Made by a program: the position numbers and the translations under genes. A DNA stretch of 64,000 bases from Spironucleus salmonicida (lineage: Eukaryota), in assembly GCF_000497125.1 (NCBI RefSeq), contig NC_090596.1:1240001-1304000 (forward strand). The letters run 5' to 3'. The notes below the pieces were generated by a model. That model was not told where the DNA came from, searched no databases, and saw only the letters and a list, made by a program, of their open reading frames with translations. This document shows positions 22,938-37,500 of this stretch, piece after piece. The first letter of the stretch is position 1, and the number at the start of each line of letters is the position of its first letter.

Positions 22938-24124
22938 TCACTAAAATACATTATAACCCATAATTGGATGTAGCTAAAAATCATCTCTTGCTAATAGAGC
23001 TGTAAATATACCAGATGCGCCAAATTCTTCTGTAGTATTAGGTTACATCTATATTAGAACAGTTATAAGGTCTAGAATATTTTCAACTGCTATGTTCGAT
23101 TTTTTTACATGAGTTAAATCAACCCTTATGCAATTATTTAAATCTATTTCTTAGATGCGTCCAACTATTCATATCTTACTAAATTACCGAGAATTTCACA
23201 ACTATTTTTATTATTTGGCTTGAAAATATGTTCATAAATAAGCGCAAACGTCAACTACTCCAGTTTTGCAACATGTACAGCTCCCGGCCTTTCCGCAGTA
23301 ACTGTATTAATAATACTGAAAATAACTCCCTCCCACTATGGAAAATCAACATTATCTGCAAGTTCTAAAAACTGATACAATGTTGAAGGAGAGTAAAGCT
23401 CCTACCGGCGCCCATGATCAAACTGCAGTTGTAGTAGAATAAGCATGCATAGGGCTACTACGCTGTCTCCGCGAGTTGTACCTGCGACCATATTTTGCCT
23501 TGCACAACTTATGATATCAAGTGCTGTTATCATAACTGAACACGTCAGTGACTTTTCATAAATATTTTATAAAATAGCCTCCTAGGCGTCACCAGCTGAT
23601 AACAAATGCAGTGTTACAACTTCTTCAGCCAATAATGATCTTCCCACTGCGGCAACAACGGTCTGTAATAGTAGATTTTAGTTACAGTAAACTCCTCCGT
23701 CTAGCCGCCTAATAACTTATGGCATACATACTATCAATGTTTATGAGCGCAGTATAACATTGTGAAAAGATGTGTAATATAAATCAAGGTATTATCGATA
23801 TAGTTTTTGCTGCTAAAACTATTTAACATTAGCTTTAGATTCGACGATTTTAACAATTTCAATGAAATTTTCATCTAGTATTTTTTGAGCTGATGGATAG
23901 CTTAAAAATGAAATTTTGTTAATAAAGAACATTACCTCCATACGGAGATCCGGTATTCCGCAATAAGATAGCTAAATTAGTTTATAAATGTATTACTCAT
24001 TTTATGAAAGCAAACATATCGAATCTTCATCAAAATGAAAGTGTAGCTACTTTATTAGCTTTATCATGTGTTCATTTTCGGGTGATGTCATAATTTTTTA
24101 ATAAATATCATTTACTTGTTCCAT
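22907..24124 (-). CDS. Helical (ARM-like) hypothetical protein; the true end may be 22938 via a frameshift at 23100-23106
   Basis: Open from ATG 24124. The literal frame stops at 22907; the -1 frame stops at 22938. Confidence 0.65.
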
Positions 24125-25181
24125 TATCAGTAAAAATAATTGAATCGTTTAATATTAAATACTAATTATTATATTATATGATTTTTACTAAATACATAAT
24201 TTTCTTATAAGTTTAACTATGATTAATTGTTTATCTTAGTAATTACTAAAACTAGTTGAGAATAGTAGTAAAGTTATTTTACGATAAATTCAAATATTTA
24301 AATATTAATAATAATCTATAATATGATTTTCATGTGAAAGAGATATGAGTACAATTACTATGAATTTAGTAACTATTTAATCTAATAGTATAATTTTTAG
24401 TAACAGATAATAGTCATTATTTTAATGTATTCAAAACTTAGTTATATTCTTTAGTGTAAGCTTATATATAAAGAGTAACTTATCCTAAATCTAACGATAA
24501 TACTCATGTAATTACTATTCTAGAAAACTAAATAAAATAAATTAGGAAGGTTTCGATACTAAGTTTTTTGCCGCTTAAAAAAGTATAAAATGCTTAGAAA
24601 TAATATTCACATAAATACAATAAAGATTAAGTTTAATAAAATTAGTATTAATCTCATTGAATAAGTGGTTATTTCATAATAACTGTTTTTAATACTACAA
24701 ACTCTTATATTGACATATTATAATTTGCTTGATTAATACTTTTCATGATAATAATTATATATTGGCATAGTTAACTAAAGTTGAATCTTGCTATTGGTTC
24801 TAGAAATAATTGTAGATTGTTATTACCTTTACTAATATTCGCTTTGTAGTAACTGTAGTTTTATATTTATATTTTTATTAATTATTGTGAAATAGTAATA
24901 TAATATATTTATATAATTATAATATAATTATTTATATAAATTAAGACAACTAAAACGTTATGTTAAATTAAGCTATTAATATTTAATGCATATTAAAAAT
25001 AAACAATTCAATGCATTATACATATATAATTATGATTTAACTTTAATAAATTAATATACTTTTAAAATATAATAACACTAAAGCATAAATTATATTTTAT
25101 CAAATATATTTATCAATAAAATTATTGTTTATATTTATTTTATATAACTCGATAAGCTGCATTTAACCTTTTTCGTTTTAA

Positions 25182-26783
25182 ATGCTATTTGAGGGTTAAA
25201 AATCTGAGGATACCGTTCCAGCAAGTATAATAGATATCACTAAAGAAATATAAACATCAGATGACGAATAAAATATACTATTAGGAGGAAGATCTCCCTT
25301 CATAACTATATTAGACTTGGCGTATAAATAACTACTTTCTTTTCTAATTACATCAGTTACATTGTTTTTAACGCCTTTTATGATCACCAAGGCTATTCCA
25401 AACAATGAAGCAGCATTAGGTGCACTTGCTGTTGCTGCTCCATTTGAGTATCTGTCTTAAATGTTTGGATGGTTTATAGCGGTAGGTGGTAGTGCCACTA
25501 TTAGTTATTTAGTAGGGCAAAATAATATAGAAGGTGCGAAATTAGTTTTAGTACAATTAATCGCACTTAGTTTTATTATTGCTATTTTATTGGCAGTTAT
25601 TTTGCTCCCTAGCTTGAAAAGCTTGCTTTTACTTTTAATTGACGCAACTTAAGGGCAATTAGTGTTGTCCCTTTGCTATAGTTATATTGTTCCATTTATT
25701 TCTGGTGCTATCTTTGTTATGTTGTTTTTCTGTGTATTAGCTGTTTTCATGGGAACTGGATAAATGACAATGTATATGATTCTTTCTGCTGGTCAATAGA
25801 TTTTATATATTTGTATATTGTGTCCTTGTTTCTTGTTCTTAACGAATCTTGGAATTGCAGGTGCTAGTTTAGCCTTTATACTATCTTTTATACCATCAAT
25901 AATAGTAGGCGTTATATTTCTTCAAAAGAAAGGAGAAATTAACTTTGATTTCAAATTATTATTTAAAATAAGAACATTCTAGTATCTCAAAAAAGTTGCC
26001 GGTGTTGGTGGTATAGACTTGATTGCCTCTGCATCTGGTATTATTGTTTTAGGAACTATCTAAACGCTTATTACTAAAATAGCTCTAAGATATGCTGAAT
26101 AGGTTCCTGACAATGAGAAGAAGTCTATATATGAATAGGTTTTGGCAGCTTGGGGATGCCTTAGTAAAATTTACGGTGTAGTGGTTGGACTTTGTTACAA
26201 TACAACTGGAAGTTATTTAACTGCAGCAAGCTATGCAATTGGAGCTAAAAGATATGCTAGATTTTATTAACTGACTGTACTCATTTGTGTAATTACTTGT
26301 GTTTTCATATTGATAATTACTCTTATAGTACTTGGAATAGCCCCATACATTGCAGTAATTTTTTCTAAATTAGAATTCTATGTTGATCTTAGCACGACAA
26401 TAATTCGTATTTTCTGTATTACAGGTCTTATTTTACCACTGTAGTTCATTGTCACAACTTTTTGTTAAGCTGCAGATTATATAGTATTAGGCCTCATCGT
26501 AGCTTTTATCACATAAATCTTATTGCTACCAGTTCTGTTTATAACAATATATTTTTCAACTAAATCTTTACCTGTCGAGCTAAATTTTATCATATCAATG
26601 ACGAGCTTTAATATTAATGATGTTATTTCAGGTATTATTAGTGTTATTGTTATGTGTATTTCACTTAAAAAGTTTACTGGGAAGCACAATATTACAATGA
26701 CATTGAAGTTAGCATTTGCTAAAACTGATTTAGTGGATTCATTAGAGTTAAATGAAACTGAAATTTCTACCTCTTAGTACTGA
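25182..26783 (+). CDS. MATE-family efflux transporter, 533 aa
   Basis: Many TM segments; EAALGALAVAAP, GGSATISYLVGQNN, NLGIAGASLA, SYAIGAKRY. Confidence 0.9.
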
Positions 26784-26825
26784 ATATTAATATATTAATA
26801 TATTATATTTGTTATATATTAGAAA

Positions 26826-27266
26826 ATGTATAGAACAAATAAAACTGCAATATCAATCTAACGATCTTTAAACAACCCTTTTGAGTCTAACTTTAACCCA
26901 CTATAATTTGATCCAAACTTAGTATAGTAAGATCAAAATCAGAAAAAATTTTATAATAATATTCACACATTAAAAATATAAAATGATATTTTAAAGCAGT
27001 ATAGAACAACTAATTTAAAACTAAATATTGTTGGAAAAGTAATTGATCCTATAGTAAAAAAGAACTTCCAGTAAACTTTATAGTATGAAAAATATGTAAA
27101 GGAAACATTCAGAAAACCAGAGAGAAAATTCCATTAAAACCCACAATAAAGTTAAGTGTCAGATAGGTAATTATAAGACAATTTTACATTATATAGATTA
27201 AATAGACCACAAATAAAGTAAGTTATTTTAGAGGATATCAAATTAGAAGATTTTGATGATGAATGA
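26826..27266 (+). CDS. Hypothetical protein, 146 aa
   Basis: ATG-to-TGA ORF in the alternative code. Confidence 0.6.
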
Positions 27267-27278
27267 CAATTTTCCTAA

Positions 27279-27692
27279 TCACTCATATTTAAAAGGATTG
27301 ATAAATCCTTAAATATTTTTCTTCTTTGCAAATACTTAAAACTCAGTTTCTAAGTCCTCAACCTATAGCCGAAGTCTGGTAGCACTTACTGGCGGTCTTG
27401 GAGAAGATTTTTAATCATTTCTTAGAGAATTGCCAATAGCAGCTTCGGCAATTTATCCAGGCGTATATACAACAGAGTAAAATAATTTTTTATCTGGAAT
27501 AACTAATGGTGGTACTGGAGTAGCATATCTAAATATTGGTCGCTATGTTTATTAATTACCTGATTTATTAATAGAACTTTAATTAGTTGCTCGAGTAGGA
27601 AAATTTGGATATTTCGGTTATTATTTGTTTTGTATAGGGGCGGTGTTGTTATACTTTATTATTGACTCGAGCATCTTTTTCGATAGAGTCAT
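27279..27692 (-). CDS. Hypothetical protein, 137 aa
   Basis: ATG 27692 to GAG-TGA 27279. Confidence 0.6.
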
Positions 27693-28266
27693 TTTTTATT
27701 TGCTATATGAGTATATTATTATTCAATACCTTTGTTATAGTAAATATTAATTCAAATCTGATAATTAAGTAAGTCACTTATATCAAATAGTTAAATAATG
27801 TTAGTTATATATGTGCTTATATGATAGTGTTATTTCTTAACAATATTAATCTTTAAAAATATATGCTATATTTTTTATTAAAAATATTTTCTTATTCATA
27901 GTTCCTCATTTCATTTTTATAATTTCTCTATTTTCACGGCAACTAACTATATTGTAGAATTAGATTTATAAATAAGCATAAATTGAAAACATTTAGTTAC
28001 TTTATTATCGTGATTATACCTTAAGTCTATTAGGCAGTAGATTATTTCGTAACGTTTACATAATGATTAGATAATAAAATAAACAAAATTTCATCATATT
28101 AGTCGATATTTTAATATATATTCTAAAAATTTATCATGTCTTAAACTATATATGAGTGGTAACAGGTTATAGTACGACAAATTAAAATAATACTTTTTGA
28201 CAATTTATATTATTTTTATTATTATATAATTGATAATAATATTCCATTTCGTTCCGCAAAAATTAC

Positions 28267-31200
28267 ATGCAGGTAAATATAATTTTTATTGATACTGAAA
28301 ATGAACATACACTAGTTAAGCCCTTCCTTACATCAGTTTCTCGTATGGAAATTCCCAAGCTTTTTATTTTATCACCAAATTATACACATGATGAAATAAA
28401 GTTCAACCAAAATACTACAACTTTGTAAGAAAAATTGTAAGAAATTAGAAATTTTGCAGATACAGTTGCAACAGTACCTTTTAAACAGCCTAAAAAGACT
28501 TTAGACTACTAAATTTAAAAAACAACAATTCTCATTCATAATTTTGGTGTATGTGAAGCTGCTAAGCGTGAAATTGATCAGATTTACAGTGAAAATTAAT
28601 CAAATTTCTAGACATTATTAAAGGAGTGGGAGGTAAATTGTAATTAACTTATGACTACTTATCATGAGAATAACGAAGTTATCAATGAAATTCCAGAGTT
28701 ACCTATTTATACATCCCCTAAAACAGTATAGGAAATCTTTTTTGATTCATGTGTTGAGCTAAAATTATCTATCAGTGGTTATGTTTAGTTATTTGATGAT
28801 GCTTAGATTTCTGAATATAATAAGGATTAAAATTTTGTTGATTTAATGACTAAAATTGGTATGTAGATGTATAGTTTACCCAAACCTAGTTTATTCAACG
28901 AAATTGAGCTTTTTACATATATTTTTAATCCTTACTAAGAGCGTAAACTCGTTGATACCAAACCTTTTATCCGTATACCTGAAAAAGTTGATGAAATCGA
29001 AGATCCTAAAAAGAAAAAGAAACAACCTGTGAAAAAGCGTAAAGAAGAGGGATTTTTTGGTGCAGATGGCACGATTCTTTTCAACAAGGCGTTCAAGTTC
29101 ATTGTTGAACAAAGCTTTTAGAAATAAAAGTCTGATGATTTATTGATATAAACAGGTCCCACATTCCAAATAAGAAATTTTGGTAAGTTCGTAAAGTTCT
29201 TTTAAAATGCTGAAGGTTTACCTTAAGTAAGTAGTATAGGAGCAAAAGAAGAGAAGTAATTTCTTACTCTATGTAAAACTAAATTTGACGATAATATTTT
29301 GGATTAAAATAAGTTCAGTGAAGTGGTTAACGTAATTGATAAGTTAGGCCAATCTGGAGATTTATATGTACAGTGGTTAAAGACCAATAAAGTAATAACT
29401 GTTGGAGATGTCGGTGAAACACCTGCATTGCGTTATATGAATTATTTCTAAGCTGATAAAACAAAAGTCACTGATTGTAGAATTATTGAGAATATCGACA
29501 AAAAACCACCAAAACCTGCAAAAGGAATGGAAAACATGGTTTGGATGTGTAAATGTGTCAATTTATTTGAAAGTAGAACTAGTTATTTAACAAGAATATT
29601 AGATAATACTTTTAAAACCTGTCTTTTGGAGTAAAGCAACTTATTAACAGAAGTACCAGAATAGGATTTATCAGTATATAACAGTTAGTTGGATTAAATT
29701 TCTTTCAATGAATAAAATAATATTTCATCGATTATGGAAGCATTAATTATGTAATTAGAAGCCCCAAAAACTAATTCTGAAGTTTAAGCACCTTAACCAA
29801 AATCACGTTCTGCGTCTGCTAAAAAAATTATAGAAAAATAAGCAAAGCCAGATAAGAACGCTCCACCACCCCCATAAATACCTTTAGACGAATTAAATCT
29901 TTTTGGAATTACATAAAAAGATATGGCGATTTTTAATCTCACAACTGACTACAACAACTCACCAGTTTAAATCCCAGAGCTCTTTGTAAAGTCTCTTTTT
30001 GGTATTACTCCACCAACTAAAACAACTTTCACCGAAATTAATACATAAATTTCAGATTAAGGCCTTTAAATAATTGAAATAAACAACAAAACTGAAATTG
30101 CAGCTACAACTTTCGAGTAAACTTTTTTGGAAAAAGCTCAGAAACATGATTTGCGCTTACTTGATTACCATACAGAAAAAATATCTCAATTTAAATCATT
30201 GCTTAAATGCCAAATTTAACGTTAAAAACGTGAGGAATTTGAGCAAAAAAGAACCGAAAATTAAGAAATTGAACCTGAAAATTTGGAACTATCGGTTCAA
30301 GAGCTTGCCATTGCAGGTAACTATGACGAGTATATAGAGGAAGACATCAACGTTAACCAGCCATTTGATTTCCAAAGCAAATATTTTGCGAATTTCTGCA
30401 ATAAATATGAATCTTTATCGACCAGAAATGAGCTTTTTTCGCTTATCAGTGACCTGCTCGCATATGACTAGAATTGCGACGAAGACACGAAATTGTTCAA
30501 AATTAGAAACGAAGAATTCCAAAAAATTCAAATGCTCTAAAACGGCAATGAACTATTTTCACTGTTCTAAAACAGCGTTCCGCGTCTGTTTCAAACAGTT
30601 CCGTAATTCACAATTTGGGTAAACAACAGCATCGTTCAGAGCACGATTTTGAGCAACGACCTGCTTCCAGTTCCTGTTAAAATCTTGCACAGATTTTTCC
30701 TACCAAGACTAAGTCTATAGAGCGACATTTTGACTGAAAACAGCCAGCCTATCTTCCCAAGCTAAAATGACAAAATCGACATTTCTGCTTACAGCGGAAA
30801 TTTTATGGTGTTTAATTTATATAATAGTAATATATAAGAAACAATCGATTCGATTTACGGAAATATCTAATTGAAGCGGAACTATCACGAGCAGATCTCA
30901 GAGGCCGAACTAGAAGACTTAAGGGCCTCATTTGCGAGCACGGCGTCTGCGAAGAGCAACAGCAGAGCAAAATCGAACGACAAGAAGAAGAAAGAGCAAC
31001 CAGTGGAGCTGCAGCTTCCCGAGATAGTTCCTGAAGACCAACGGGATAAGAACATTTACTACTTCAACAAATACGTCGAAAAACAGTTTGAGGGTCTCAA
31101 TTTCGCTGGTTTGGACACAAAATTGGTCACAGGAAAGGTCGTTTTGGCGCTGAATTAGCTGCCAGATTTCGATATTTCCGTTCCCAGTATAGCACCGCAT

Positions 31201-34200
31201 TTCGATTTCCTGCCGGCCAAAACGTAAAATTATCGAATTAGTGATATAAGCGGTTTAGGGGTCAGTTTCATCGATAATGAGGTCTCAAAAGGTGGAATTA
31301 AGCACACTATTTTCAACCCCAACGCAGAAGTCGTTTAAATCAGAATTACACCTTACGAATTTTCAAATTTTGATGATATAACGATTTCTGTCCCTGAAAT
31401 ATAAACACCAGAATATGATATAACGGACATTATCTCAGGTTTATCTGAGACGAATCCTGATGCTTTAGTTTTTCCTGAATTGCCAGATACAGCTGATATG
31501 AACCCCAAATAATTGAAGCAAATTAAGGATAATGAGGCACAGCAGCTGTAGGAGCACAAAAAACGCAAAAAACGCGTCTAGGAGCTAGCAGAGGCTGCAG
31601 TAAAGGTCCAAGAGTCGCGTAAAGAGAAACTAAACGCTTTTGTCGACAGCAAAGTGCACTACAAAAGAGCAACGAAGTCGAGAGCCTCAGCAACGATTGC
31701 GGCCTCTAATATCAGAATTTATTACGACAATTCCGAATTTCTTATGAGCCAGAAAGACCTGCAAATTAAAGCTGATATCGACAAAAACTGCCTCTAAATA
31801 ACCAAATTTTACAAAAACGTGCGCTTTGACTAGCTAGGCGAGCTTGACTATACTCTCAAAAATAACGAGCAGAACATGCTTTTAGAGGTCAAATTGCACG
31901 TTCCGCAGGAGCAGCACACAAATTATTCTGATATAATGGTTTCCTACGAAATCAACGCCGAAAACGTCGTATGCAGCGTTTCTGTGGCGACACCAAAATT
32001 CGAAACTTTGAACTTCGAGTTATTGCACCAAAACCTCAACGAAATTTCGCTTCAATTTTGTGAAGTTGCGCCAAAATCGACGATTTTGAGCAATTCTGGA
32101 ACGCAATTTGTAGAGGAGGAGAAGAACTATTTCGCGAAATCGGCCGTGCAGCGAATTTTGGACGACGAAATGGCAAATGGGGAGCTGTTCAGCCTGGACT
32201 CATATCACTATTTCCCGCAGCTGCACCAAGGGTCCAGAACGTTCAATTATTACATTAACAGGACCGGAATCCTGCGATTTGCGCGGTTTTCGGTGCATTT
32301 GGACCAGATGGCATTCAAAAATTTGCTTAAATCGCCCAAAGAGCCTTACAGCTCTCAGGATTACTTCTACAACGTAATTCAGTCGATTCACACCACCGAG
32401 GCCCAGATTCAGGCCCAAAATCCCGGATTTTACGCAAAATAGATCAAATCCGCCTTAAAAGGCTAAAATGCAGCTTCCACTCTGCTAATTCTCCCGTTCA
32501 ACATTTCGATTTTCCACTCCGAAAACGACATTTTCAACGTAATTTTAACTCACGAAGAGCAGTGTGATATGCTAAGGCTCAAAAAGCACTCGGCGACGTT
32601 CTACTACGCAGATTCGTTTGAAATTTCCTGCAACAACGAAAACGAGCCAATTTTTGCAATTTCGGCAGCAGAAAAAACACCTGAAACCCTCAATTAGCCT
32701 ACTCTCAAAGATGCGTATTCGTACACTTTGAGGAGCCCCAAAATGTACGGCCCGGGCCTCGAATTACGCGTTTCTGAGCCCATTTCGCCCTTCTAAACGC
32801 GCCCACGCGACCCCTGTGAATTCCAACCGGACAGATCTGCGATTTTGCGCGAGAACGAGAAACCAGCCAAATCGCTAATTTTCTTTGCAGAAAACTCAAA
32901 ATCTCCAAAAATTGAGGAAATTCTGAACAATCGAATTCAAAATCTACTTTTCACTCCTAATTTTTCTACTCAAGAAATCGCGATTTTCCTCCAATTTTCG
33001 AATTCTGAGAGCCAAATCCTGAGTTCTCTGGTTCTTGCGGACGAGAAAAAGCAGACGCTCACTACGATTTTCACACAAAATTCGCTCAAAATCGAGCAGC
33101 TCTTCCTCGCTGACATTGATACGTCCCTGAGCTCGCTTTTGGCCTCTCTGGCCAAGTTCAAAGTGCCCGAATTCCTGCAAATTCGGCTCAAACGGCCCTT
33201 CGTGGAGACGAATTTGAGCAGTTTGAAGGAGTTCAAAGACGTCGCCGGGCGTCAGCTGAGCTTCGCGCAGAGCGAGAATTCGGAACTGATATAACGTAAT
33301 TTGCCCTGTCCGAGTCAAGTTTTGCGCTCTGCACGAAAGGTCGAAAACGCGCTAAAAATCGACTTTTCTGGTCGATTTTCGGCCTAAACGAACTACTGGG
33401 CGACGCCTGAGGGCTGTCTGTTCGATTCTCAAGACGCTGAAAATTCGGCTTATTGGGCAAAAATTGAAGCGAATGAGGCGGTTTGCGAGCAGAATTTGAA
33501 CGAAAATTACCACTTTTAGAAGCGCTACGTCGCGAGTGCGAATGTGAGCGGAAATCTCGTCAAGAAGATTTTGGCTAATTACGAAAAAACGACTTTGCCG
33601 CGCAAATTGGCGCAGATTCCGCAGAAAACGCTTCCTTTGCATGAAATTAAACCTATTACAAGGACTATTCGGCAGCTGGACAAGGAGGCTATTGTTTCGG
33701 CGTCGATTTAGGAGAACTACGCTCTCGCGGGCTTCAATTAAGAGGTGATTGAGCGTGAGGGCGGCACGCTCAGGAAAACTAAAAATTCCAGTTTAAAGCC
33801 CAAAATGGAGTGTAGAACGCTGCTGGTTTAGCCGAATAGTATACGGTTAGAATTTAGCACGGATGAAATTGAAGAATTTAGGACTAAAAATAAAAATAAG
33901 TCTTATTTCACTGTTTTTTACACTGTTTTCTGCAGAAATACTGGCAGAGAAAGCCTGCATGTTAGATGGGATAGGAATGTCATCATGGATACAAGTATTT
34001 TTAATGTGCTAATACCTATGAAAAGTGGTGGTTTGCCTGCTGGTTTAGGTGTCGAATGCTGTATTGAGTTCAGAATCAAATTAGACATTGAAGATGGGGA
34101 AACGCTTGATGCGCTTGTTTTAAAGACTGAAGAAGAATTAATTAGCGTTCCTATCAGTATTTGGATTGGAGAGAAATAAGAGACAATAATTATTGACTAG

Positions 34201-34509
34201 AGGCCACCTAGAAGCATTAGTTAAATGGGCATGGATATCCAAAATTAGCTGAAATTTAGCTAGGGAGATCTTGTCAAAACTGACACAATCCAGCCAGAAG
34301 TTATAGAATTTGGTAATGGGCAAGAGGCGGATTGTCAGGAAGATATTATATATGATAATTATGACATCCCAGAGATGGCGGAACAGTACAATGATGCAGA
34401 TGTAATTCACAATCAAAATTATGACTAAGAAAAAGATATTGAGAATATCAACACTGAATCTGGAAATTTTGAGAGTTTTGAGAGGCTAGACGAAGATATG
34501 AATGACTGA
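28267..34509 (+). CDS. Giant protein, 2080 aa, with a C-terminal PapD/ASH-like domain; PF6/SPAG17-like
   Basis: Track fragments at 30283, 30871, 31876, 32845 and 33985 share one frame. C-terminal CRNTGRESLHVRW...GGLPAGLGVECCIEF is PapD-like. Orthology is inference. Confidence 0.65.
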
Positions 34510-34539
34510 TCATTTTATTTTTACAAAATACGAATCACT

Positions 34540-37500
34540 TCAAAAATACCCACCATGTTTTCTAGTTAAGTGAGCATAACATTATTAAGCTGTAGTAAAA
34601 GTATCTTGGCAAACATAGCAGTTATGTGCTCCACAACAACTACAAGTTACATGGTTACAACCACTAGACTTCTCATATAAGCTTAGACATTTTTTACACT
34701 ACTTGATTCCTAATTAATATATACATTTATGAGATGGGCTGTGCCACGTATTGCATAAGCCGCAAAATTTCAACTTACAGTTTTAGTAAGGGCAGTGTAA
34801 AATAAATGCATCGTCTTTTAAAGGAATTCCTAAATAATGATGCTCCGTGCAATGTCTAAAAATATCGCTACTGAATAAATTTTACTAATAAATTTTTATT
34901 AGTAAATCTTTAACTTAATCAAAAATCGAAAAAACTACTTAACCTATTTACACAATAGGATATAATGTAAATTCATCTCCAATAGTAGTAATAGTATCCT
35001 TTGCTTTATAAGAAATCATATTTGAGTATGGCTTCTTATATTACGTTTGTATATCGTCTAGAGCACAAGTTAAGCAGATCTCAAAAAATTACGGAAAATC
35101 ATCTTGACTAGTATTTAAAATACAATTAGGTGCATTGACTGGATCATCACAACAATTACAGTTTTAGAGGGAAAAAGTCGAAAAATCTTCAGGTTTTGAT
35201 ATGTTTACAAATTAAAACGTGTTAAACTTACTGTGAACTATTTATGAATTAAGTTTATTAGTTAGGTTCAAAGGTAAACTTGTTTAAATAACTAATTGTG
35301 TCTGGATAATATTATTATCAATCGCAATAAGATTATCTGAAAAAATGAATTTTTACTAATTTAGTGATTATAAATCCATAACCAGCGATATACTTAGCGT
35401 ATTTTCTGCCAATGCCATTTCTACATAAGAGTTAGAAAGTAAAAGTAAATTATTCCTAGTCAATTTAAAGCAATTAGAAAACTAAGAGAGATTTGAGAAT
35501 TTAGTATCTAGATTGTTCTCGCCTTAAGAGCTAATAGTTACTAAACATTATGAAGATTAAAATTAATGTGTATAATATTATTACCTATCAACAGTAATAA
35601 TAGTTTTACCCACTAAAGGAATCAAATGAATAATTTTATCAAAGTCGTCCTGTATGCTTTGTATAATTTTAACAGATTATACTTATTTCGTACGAATACT
35701 CATATAAACTTATCTGCTACTAGATTAAATAAATATCTATGAATTCTATTAGTCTAGTTAATAATGTGTTAAAATGGCCCAAACAATTGGCTGAGTAATT
35801 TATGTTATAAAACCTTTTGATAATCTAACAATGAAATTAGCAGTTGCACTAACTTACTATAAAATGTAATAATTTTTGCCTAATTTATAAGCAAAGCACT
35901 AATCTGTCAGATAGAATAACGATGGATATTAAATAATTATTCCACAGTTTTAATCAAATATTTATGATTAAATTTATAGTATTTATAAAATATTCATTAT
36001 TTTAGAGTAACTTAACGTTTGTAAAGTGTGCTATATATCTTTACTTGTTATTTTAAACAATTCGGATAAAACAAAAATATCAACAATTATTTAGATATTT
36101 AATCCTAACAATAAACAGTTTATTTTTAACTCTTATGAAGTTAAAGCTAGCAATGGTAAAATAATGCTAATCAAGCAAAATATATCTGATGACTGTGCTG
36201 TAATTTATTATTCTGTTTCAACAAATATTTACGAAAACTCATTAAGCATATAGAGTATAATTAAAATTATAGTATCTTCGACATTACCATGTATTTATAA
36301 TATTTTATCTTTTACTTGAAGCAAGTAATTCATATTTGCAAGTATCCTACAATCAAGTGGCAATAATTGCACTTCTTAAAAATCATATTTACTACTCATT
36401 TCCTATGAAATTAAATCCTTAAAAACCCATGAATAATAAACTTAAACACTAGAAGAAAACGGGGATATCGAAACCTTTACTATAATTCTTTTAGCAAAGC
36501 GTGGTGTATAGAAAATTTCTTAAAATTGTTATTCACCTTAGTTTAAAACTAATGAACAAAAACTTCTTTTATCGGGTAAATCAAATATAAAACTAAATTA
36601 TTAGATTTTTTTAATAATCTAACTTTTAGACGCTATTTTACATTATTAATTTTCAAATTGAAGTATAATATCTGATTCAAGGAGTTAATGAATATCATGA
36701 TCTAAAATACGAGCAGCTCCCATTGCTATAGAAGTTGATGGTTGGAATGCCAATAAAGTTTACTTAACATTACTTTTTACTAAAAATTATTAAATTTTAT
36801 TGCGTAAAGGGCGGCAGTTAATAAACCCTCCTGTTAAAAAAACATAAGTAGGAATTCCAAAACGTTAGAACAAAATATTGATTTATGTTGATACTTAGGT
36901 AATAATATCTTCTAAAATTGTATCAAAAAAGCTTTTATCAAAAAGTAATAATTTCTCATCAGAATCAAAAGCGATACTATCAGAAAGTTAATCGCAATTA
37001 ATCTCAGCAACCTCAACATCAAAGTTATAATTAAATAAATCCAATTAAATAAAATCTTCATCAAATATTGTAGATTTGATTTTTTAAAATGCCTTAATTA
37101 AATATAGTAAATTTCCAGTAACCTACAAACTATTAGTAATAATCTCGAGTACTTTTTAATCTATATAACTACCTCCACAGTTTAATCCACATTATGATAT
37201 TAAAGTTGGTATCTGTTGTTGTTAATTAACTTAAAATATCGAAAAATCAATAGTAGACCCTCCAAAATCAATCAAATAAATTTTTTCCGAAGGTTTTATA
37301 TTTACTTTACTTTCATAAGATATTTACATAAATGCTGCCACAGGTTCTTGCACGGTATAAATGTTTTCTATATTTATTTTAACTTATTTATCTAAATTCG
37401 TTTAGTTATATATATTTAATGCACTTGCAAGGCATTTTCTCATAAAAATTTAATAGTCAGTAGATGCTAATGATGGAATCGTGATTATCCATTAGATTTC

